63,925 bases of DNA from an uncultured Opitutaceae bacterium (lineage in GTDB: Bacteria; Verrucomicrobiota; Verrucomicrobiia; Opitutales; Opitutaceae): NCBI GenBank assembly GCA_964429385.1, contig CAYSBR010000022.1:1-63925 (forward strand). Direction: 5' to 3'. Below the pieces are notes generated by a model. It saw nothing but the letters and a program-made list of their open reading frames with translations. It did no database searches and had not been told where the DNA came from. This document shows positions 58,136 through 63,925 of the stretch, piece after piece. The first letter of the stretch is position 1, and the number at the start of each line of letters is the position of its first letter. The translations under genes were made by a program, and so were the position numbers.

Positions 58136-58345
58136 TCAAGCCGGCACCCGGCCTCCGAGCAGCCGGGCGGGGAGGTAGAGCAGGGCCTTGACGAAGGCAA
58201 AAAGCGCGCCGAGGCACACGCCGGCCAGACGGAAGGGCAGGGCGAGGAGCCAGACCAGCGGGGCGAGGAGCAGAAAAAGCAGCGCCAGCGGCCAGCAGAG
58301 GACCAGGAGCAGACACCAGAGGAGAAAAACGCCGAAGGAATTCAT
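58136..58345 (-). CDS. Possible small hydrophobic membrane protein
   Basis: MNSFGVFLLWCLLLVLCWPLALLFLLLAPLVWLLALPF...; low complexity, weak. Confidence 0.25.
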   Translation of the reverse strand: MNSFGVFLLWCLLLVLCWPLALLFLLLAPLVWLLALPFRLAGVCLGALFAFVKALLYLPARLLGGRVPA

Positions 58346-58400
58346 GGTTATAATGCAATAACCCATCTCCGGCCGGAAAGTTACAGCGGCGCGCCCGCTT

Positions 58401-59801
58401 TTACCAATCAAGCACGGTTACCCCGAGGGCGAGGAAGCCGGCGCCGGCGGCGATCAGTTGCACCAGCAGCCAGCCGAGCCAGCGCAGCCAGCGGCCGAAG
58501 GGGATGCCGGCGATGCCGAGGATGCCCATGAGGATGCCGCTGGTGGGGGTCACGAAATTGCCGAGGCCGTCGCCCAGTTGGAAGGCCAGCACCGCGGTCT
58601 GCCGCGAGATGCCCAGCAGGTCGGAGAGCGGGGCCATGATCGGCATGGTGAGCGCCGCCTGGCCGCTGCCGCTGGGCACGAGAAAATTGAAACAGAACTG
58701 CACGGCGAACATGACCTGCACCGAGACGAAGGCCGGCAGATCGCCGGCCGCCTGGCTGAGGACGTGCAGCACGGTGTCCACGATGCCGCCCTGCTGCATG
58801 ACGAGGAGGATGCTCTTGCTCAGGGCGATGAGGACGGCGGCGCCGACCATCTCGCGCGTCCCGGCGGTGAAGGCGCGGGCGGTCTCGTTGGGCCGCAGGC
58901 CGCCGATGAGGGCGGCGGCGAAACCGAGGCCGATGAACAGCGCGGCGATTTCCTCGATATACCAGTCCCACTTGGTTACGCCGACGACCAGGGCGACCAA
59001 GCCGGCGATGAAAAGCGAGAGCACGCCGAGCCGCCGGCCGGTGAGTTCCTCCTGCGCGTGGCTGACGGCATCCGCGCCGGGGGCGGGCGTGTGGCCGGGC
59101 AGGAGACTGTGCGCGGGGTTGCGTTCCACCCGGGCGGCGTAGCGCATCACATAGAGAATGGCGATGAGCGTGAGGACGGCCCAGACGATCATGCGAAAGC
59201 CCCAGCCGCTGAAGATGGGCAGACCGCTGAGGCCCTGCGCGATGCCGACAGTGAAGGGATTGAAGGCCGCGCCGGTGAAGCCCACGCCCGCGCCGATCAA
59301 AGGGATGGCGACGCCGACAATCGCATCCCAGCCCAGGCGCCGGGCGAGCGGAAGGGTGATCATCAGGAACACCAGCACCTCCTCGCTCATGCCGAAGGTG
59401 TTTCCGCCGATGGAAAAGGCGGTCATCAACGCCGGGATGACGAAGCGCTTGCGGGCGGGGTTGTCGCCCACCGTCCGCACGACCCAGAACAGCAGCGCGG
59501 GGATGGCGCCGGTGGCGTTGATGACGGCGAAGACGCCGCCGATCAGCAGGACGAAGCCCATGATCAGCGCGGCGTGGTGATCGGTGAAACCCTTGAGCGG
59601 CGCGGTGAAGAAACCGTGCCACGGCACGGGCGTCGCCTCCACCGTCTGGTAGGTGCCGGGCACCACGACGGTGCGCGTGCCCTCCTGCCGCCGCTCGAAC
59701 TCACCCGCCGGGATGATCCAGGTGAGGACCACGGCCAGCAGCAGCACCGCGAGGATGATCAGCAGCGCATCGGGCGCGCGGGAGGCGGGCGTGGCGGTCA
59801 T
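58401..59801 (-). CDS. YfcC-family (C4-dicarboxylate anaerobic carrier-like) permease
   Basis: 466 aa, ~12 TM, YfcC-like blocks (GAIPALLFW, ALMTAFSIGGNTFGMSEE). Confidence 0.7.
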   Translation of the reverse strand: MTATPASRAPDALLIILAVLLLAVVLTWIIPAGEFERRQEGTRTVVVPGTYQTVEATPVPWHGFFTAPLKGFTDHHAALIMGFVLLIGGVFAVINATGAIPALLFWVVRTVGDNPARKRFVIPALMTAFSIGGNTFGMSEEVLVFLMITLPLARRLGWDAIVGVAIPLIGAGVGFTGAAFNPFTVGIAQGLSGLPIFSGWGFRMIVWAVLTLIAILYVMRYAARVERNPAHSLLPGHTPAPGADAVSHAQEELTGRRLGVLSLFIAGLVALVVGVTKWDWYIEEIAALFIGLGFAAALIGGLRPNETARAFTAGTREMVGAAVLIALSKSILLVMQQGGIVDTVLHVLSQAAGDLPAFVSVQVMFAVQFCFNFLVPSGSGQAALTMPIMAPLSDLLGISRQTAVLAFQLGDGLGNFVTPTSGILMGILGIAGIPFGRWLRWLGWLLVQLIAAGAGFLALGVTVLDW

Positions 59802-59809
59802 GACGAATC

Positions 59810-61444
59810 TCAGTCGGTGGCGAAGTGGACGCCCTTCAGCGGATGGATGTCGAGCAGGGTGTCGTGCCAGCCGCGCACGCGCGGATCGACGAGATTTTTC
59901 GACGTGTAATAGTAAATGGGCATCACGGGCATTTCCTCGGCGAGGATGGCGCCGAGCTGGTGGAAGAGGTCCACCCGCGTCGCCCGGTCGCCTTCGCGGG
60001 CGACGGCGGCGGCGATCTCATCGTAGCGGGCGTTGGCAAAGCCGGAGTTGTTGTTGCCCGCGTGGCTGAGCAGCAGGTTGGAGAAAACCGTGCCGTCGTT
60101 GTAGGAGGCGACCCAGCCGGCGCGGGCGATGTCGTAATTGCCCTGGCGGCGGTTGCCGAGATAGACCTGCCACTCCTGGTTCGCCAGGCGGATGTCCACG
60201 CCGAGGTGGGTGCGCCACATCTGCTGGATGGCCTCGGCGATGGCGCGGTGCGTCTCCAGGGTGTTGTAGAGAATCTCCAGGCGCGGGAAGCCGCGACCTT
60301 CCGGGAAACCCGCCTCGGCGAGCAGGCGGCGGGCCTCGGCGAGATCCTCTGTAAACCCGGGGGCGGGCCGGTCATCCAGCGTGCCGGGGTGCAGGAGGCT
60401 GAAAGCCGGGGTTTCGTTGGCCTGCGTGACGCTGCGCGCCAGCGCGGCGCGGTCGATCGCCATGCTCAGGGCGCGCCGCACGCGCGGGTCGTTGAGCGGG
60501 GGACGGTTGACGTTGAATTCGTAGTAATAGACCGCGAGGAACGGCGCGAGCCGCAGCTCGGGCGCGGCCGCCGCCTGCATGCGCGGGATGACGTGCGAGG
60601 GCACGGTGTTGGTGACGTGCAACTGGCCGCTGCGGAAGGCGCGTTCCTCGGTGTCGGCCGACTCGATGGGAAACCAGCGGATGGCATTCAGCTTCACGGC
60701 GGCGCGGTCCCAGTAGTGGGGGTTCGGCTCCATCTCGATGAGACTGTTGCTGCGCCATTGGGTGAGGATGAAGGGGCCGTTGCCCACGAGGTTGCCGGGG
60801 CGGGTCCAGGCGGTGCCGCGCTGGTCCATGGCGCCGTGCTTCTCGATGGTGGCGCGGTGGACGGGATTGAAGGTGTTGTGCGTCAGCAGGCCGGCCAGGT
60901 GCGGCACCGGATGGTCGAGCTCGATGCGAAAAGTGAAATCATCGAGGGCGCGGATGCCGACTTCCGACCACGGCTGGTCGCCGGCGTGGAAGGCGAGCGC
61001 GTGCCGGATCGGCTCGAAGAGATAGGTGTAGCGGTTGCCCAGGGCGGGGGAGAGCACGCGGCGCCAGCCGTATTCGAAGTCGTGGGCGGTGACCGGGTCG
61101 CCGTTGGACCAGCGCGCGTTGCGCCGGAGGAAAAAAGTGTAGGTCCGCCCGTCCTCGGAAACCTCCCAGCGCTCGGCCACACCGGGAGAAACCGCGAGAT
61201 CCTCGGGCGCGTAAACTGTCAGGCCCTCGAACAGCGCGCTGGTGAGCCGGTATTCCGGCATCCCTGTGGTAATATGCGGATCGAGATCCTCCGGCTCGGT
61301 GCCGTTGCCGATGAGCAGAATGCCGTCCCGCAGCGCCCGATCGGCAGGGGACTCCTTGCGCGAGCAGCCGGTGAACAAAAGCGCGGCGGTGAGCGCCGAC
61401 GTTAACAGGAAAAGAAAACGGGTCCGGCGCGGCAGGATTTGCAT
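59810..61444 (-). CDS. ABC transporter substrate-binding lipoprotein, family 5 (oligopeptide/dipeptide OppA/DppA-like)
   Basis: Lipobox LFTGC; SBP_bac_5 signature blocks (RWSNGDPVTAHDF, AVYYYEFNVNRPPLNDPRVRRAL). Confidence 0.85.
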   Translation of the reverse strand: MQILPRRTRFLFLLTSALTAALLFTGCSRKESPADRALRDGILLIGNGTEPEDLDPHITTGMPEYRLTSALFEGLTVYAPEDLAVSPGVAERWEVSEDGRTYTFFLRRNARWSNGDPVTAHDFEYGWRRVLSPALGNRYTYLFEPIRHALAFHAGDQPWSEVGIRALDDFTFRIELDHPVPHLAGLLTHNTFNPVHRATIEKHGAMDQRGTAWTRPGNLVGNGPFILTQWRSNSLIEMEPNPHYWDRAAVKLNAIRWFPIESADTEERAFRSGQLHVTNTVPSHVIPRMQAAAAPELRLAPFLAVYYYEFNVNRPPLNDPRVRRALSMAIDRAALARSVTQANETPAFSLLHPGTLDDRPAPGFTEDLAEARRLLAEAGFPEGRGFPRLEILYNTLETHRAIAEAIQQMWRTHLGVDIRLANQEWQVYLGNRRQGNYDIARAGWVASYNDGTVFSNLLLSHAGNNNSGFANARYDEIAAAVAREGDRATRVDLFHQLGAILAEEMPVMPIYYYTSKNLVDPRVRGWHDTLLDIHPLKGVHFATD

Positions 61445-61538
61445 GCCGCCAGTGGATTGGCCGGCGGCGTTGCTGGCAATCCGCAACGCGTGCAACCTGT
61501 CGCGCCCGGTGCCGTGGCGCGCTGGGCGAACCGTGAAT

Positions 61539-61805
61539 TCAGGTGGGAAAGCTCCGGTCAAAATCTCTGTGGCTGCCGATCCATACCCAAGTCCAATTGT
61601 CGCCATGGCGCAGGGCCACTGCGCGATAATTGAGCGTCACCCGTGCTGACCAGGCCCGGGGATCACCTCGCAGGCGTTCGAGATGAAGGCTGGGGTGGGC
61701 CGGGTTTTCACGAAACCGGGTGAAGGCCTTGCGGGCGGCGGTTTTGATTTCGGACGGCAGTCCGGCGTAGAGATTCCAGAATCGCTCGGTGCCCCGGGAG
61801 GTCAC
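61539..61805 (-). CDS. Type II toxin-antitoxin system toxin, RelE/ParE superfamily
   Basis: 88 aa; ...NPAHPSLHLERLRGDPRAWSARVTLNYRAVAL... typical RelE/ParE core; overlaps upstream small gene by ATGA. Confidence 0.55.
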   Translation of the reverse strand: MTSRGTERFWNLYAGLPSEIKTAARKAFTRFRENPAHPSLHLERLRGDPRAWSARVTLNYRAVALRHGDNWTWVWIGSHRDFDRSFPT

Positions 61806-62050
61806 GACCGGCGTTTAAACTCGTCGTCCGCGGTCTCAGGGTAAGCCGCCGGGTCCTCGGCTGCGGTGGCTTCGGCTTCATCCAGCAATTTTGAAAGTGC
61901 CGGCCGGGGCCGCGTATCCTGGATGAGTCGTTCCCAAGCCGCATCACCGTCGAATTCGGGAAAGAGCTGCGGCAAATCCATCGCCAGACGCCTCCGTTCA
62001 CCGGCGGGCAGCGCACGGATGGCAGCCTGAATCTGTTCGACCGTGGACAT
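61802..62050 (-). CDS. Putative cognate antitoxin (small acidic protein)
   Basis: 82 aa, acidic C-terminus, directly upstream and 4-nt overlapping with toxin gene. Confidence 0.45.
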   Translation of the reverse strand: MSTVEQIQAAIRALPAGERRRLAMDLPQLFPEFDGDAAWERLIQDTRPRPALSKLLDEAEATAAEDPAAYPETADDEFKRRS

Positions 62051-62089
62051 GCCGACACCCTGCGCAGAATCAAAGTCCGGTCAACCCAG

Positions 62090-63925
62090 TTACCCGACCC
62101 ACTCGCGGGCGTTGTAGAAGAGTTTCATCCACGGCGAATCCTCGCCCCATTCGCGAGGTGACCAGCTCATGCAGGCTGAACGGAAGACGCGCTCCGGGTG
62201 CGGCATCATGATGGTGACGCGGCCCGTGGTGGTGGTGAGGGCGGTCATGCCGAGGGGGGAGCCGTTCGGGTTGAGCGGATAGACTTCGGTTGGCTGGTGG
62301 TGGTTATCCACGTAGCGGGCGGAAACGAGGCCGGAGCCGCTGAAAGCCTGCGCGGCCGCGGCGTCGGGGAACTCGGCGTAGCCTTCGCCATGGGCGACGG
62401 CGATGGGGAGGACGGCGCCTTCCATGCCACGGAGGAGCACGCTCGGGCTCGACTCGATCTGCAGCGAGACGAAGCGGCCTTCGTAGCGTTCGGATTTGTT
62501 CTGCACGAAGCGCGGCCAGTGTTCCGCGCCGGGGATGATGGACTTGAGGTTGCTGACCATCTGGCAGCCGTTGCAGACGCCAAGGGCGAAGGCATCCTCG
62601 CGGGCGAAGAAGGCGGCGAACTCGGCGCGGGCGCGTTCGTTGAAGAGGATGCTCTTGGCCCAACCTTCGCCGGCGCCGAGGACGTCGCCGTAGCTGAAGC
62701 CGCCGCAGGCCGCGAGGCCGCGGAAATCCTGGAGGGAAACGCGCCCGGCGAGGATATCCGTCATGTGGACATCAACGGCGCGGAAGCCGGCCCGATCGAA
62801 GGCGGCGGCCATCTCGACTTCGCCGTTCACGCCCTGCTCGCGGAGGATCGCGACCTTGGGTCGCGAAGCTGAGCGTTGAGGGCTGGGCGTTGAGAGCTTG
62901 AACGTGAGCTTCGGCGTGATGCCGGGGTTATTCGGGTCGAGCCGGACTTGATGTTCCTGCGCGGCGCAGGCGGGATTGTCGCGCAGGGCGGCGATGCGGT
63001 GGGTGACATCGGACCAGATGGCGCGGAGGGCAAAGAGATCTTCCTCGATGAGGACCTGGCCGTTTTGGGTGACGCGGAAGGTGTGGCCGGGGTTGAGCGT
63101 GCCGAGCCGCGAGACGCAGGCCTTGAGGCCGTGGGAACGGAAGGCGAGCAACACGTCATCGAGGTCGGACGCCCGGATTTGGATGACGGCGCCAAGCTCC
63201 TCGTTGAAGAGGGCGGCGAAGGGCTCGTGCAGGTGGGGAATCTCGATGCTCACACCGGTGTGGCCGGCGAAGGCCATTTCGACCGCGGTGGCGAGCAGGC
63301 CGCCGTCCGAGCGGTCGTGGTAGGCGAGGAGTTTTTGTTCGCGGCCAAGCTGCTGGATGGCGTTCCAGAAATTCTTCAGGTCCGTGGCGCTGTCCACATC
63401 GGGCGTGGCTGCGCCCATCTGGGAGACGACCTGCGCGAGGATGGAGCCGCCGAGGCGGTTCTTCCCTCGGCCGAGGTCAATGAGGAGCAGGATTGTGTCT
63501 TGCTCCGGTTGAGCGTTGAGGGTTGAGGGCTGCGAGCCAGTCTGAAGCTGCGGCGTGAGCGTGAGCCGGATGTCGGTGACGGGTGAGAAGGCTGAAACGA
63601 TGAGTGAGATGGGGGCGGTGACGCGCTTCCGCCGGTCGCCGTCCTGCCAGACGGTGCTCATGCTCATGGAGTCCTTGCCGACGGGGATCGTGATGCCGAG
63701 GGCGGGGCAGAGTTCCAGGCCCACGGCCTGCACGGCGGCGTAGAGATCGGCGGCGTCACCGGGCACGGCGGGCGCGGCCATCCAGTTGGCGGAGAGGTTG
63801 ACCTTGCCGAGATCGCCGATCTGGGCGGCGGCCAGATTGGTGAGCGCCTCACCGACGGCGAGGCGGGCCGAAGCGGCGGCGTTGTTGACGGCGACGGGGG
63901 TGCGCTCGCCCATGGCCATGGCCTC
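62090..63925 (-). CDS. purL: Phosphoribosylformylglycinamidine synthase (large single-chain FGAM synthase), C-terminal two-thirds; 5' end beyond window
   Basis: C-terminal type-1 glutamine amidotransferase domain (GVCNGCQM catalytic Cys, HPERV), PurM-like domains upstream; frame open to window end. Confidence 0.9.
   Translation of the reverse strand, partial: EAMAMGERTPVAVNNAAASARLAVGEALTNLAAAQIGDLGKVNLSANWMAAPAVPGDAADLYAAVQAVGLELCPALGITIPVGKDSMSMSTVWQDGDRRKRVTAPISLIVSAFSPVTDIRLTLTPQLQTGSQPSTLNAQPEQDTILLLIDLGRGKNRLGGSILAQVVSQMGAATPDVDSATDLKNFWNAIQQLGREQKLLAYHDRSDGGLLATAVEMAFAGHTGVSIEIPHLHEPFAALFNEELGAVIQIRASDLDDVLLAFRSHGLKACVSRLGTLNPGHTFRVTQNGQVLIEEDLFALRAIWSDVTHRIAALRDNPACAAQEHQVRLDPNNPGITPKLTFKLSTPSPQRSASRPKVAILREQGVNGEVEMAAAFDRAGFRAVDVHMTDILAGRVSLQDFRGLAACGGFSYGDVLGAGEGWAKSILFNERARAEFAAFFAREDAFALGVCNGCQMVSNLKSIIPGAEHWPRFVQNKSERYEGRFVSLQIESSPSVLLRGMEGAVLPIAVAHGEGYAEFPDAAAAQAFSGSGLVSARYVDNHHQPTEVYPLNPNGSPLGMTALTTTTGRVTIMMPHPERVFRSACMSWSPREWGEDSPWMKLFYNAREWVG

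Overview
High-GC (~65-70%) bacterial chromosomal segment. Gene content and domain architectures suggest a Verrucomicrobia/Planctomycetes-like organism; this is inference, no search was run. The high GC produces many long spurious antisense ORFs in the six-frame track, which I ignored. The window opens with housekeeping genes (aspS, ExoD-family, two dicarboxylate-type transporters, amt-glnK). It then has a tandem duplicated PhyH-dioxygenase pair flanking an AraC regulator, tdk, a 1153-aa uncharacterised protein, a GH95-type glycosidase with a secreted esterase, and ldhA/tag. After that comes a putative amino-sugar/nonulosonic-acid catabolic cluster (DegT aminotransferase, two amidohydrolases, TetR, epimerase, DHDPS/NanA-like, M20 deacylase, AGE epimerase). 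The most striking part is a ~21 kb signalling island (35.0-55.9 kb). It holds four paralogous Hanks-type Ser/Thr kinases with near-identical N-terminal kinase heads and entirely different C-terminal tails (ankyrin; DnaJ-CTD plus multi-TM; multi-TM plus beta-helix; ~800-aa helical). It also encodes three FHA-domain proteins (FHA-trypsin protease; zinc-ribbon-2xFHA; FHA-sigma54 activator), a PP2C phosphatase and a zinc-ribbon-SPFH/flotillin-like protein. At least three perfect sigma-54 promoters (TGGCAC-N5-TTGC) sit precisely upstream of the kinase operons. The window ends with a TPR histidine kinase, a YfcC permease, an OppA-like binding lipoprotein, a RelE/ParE-type TA pair and the 3' part of purL. 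A family of REP/MITE-like palindromic elements (5 copies) sits exclusively between convergent gene pairs. No rRNA, tRNA or CRISPR array was seen.
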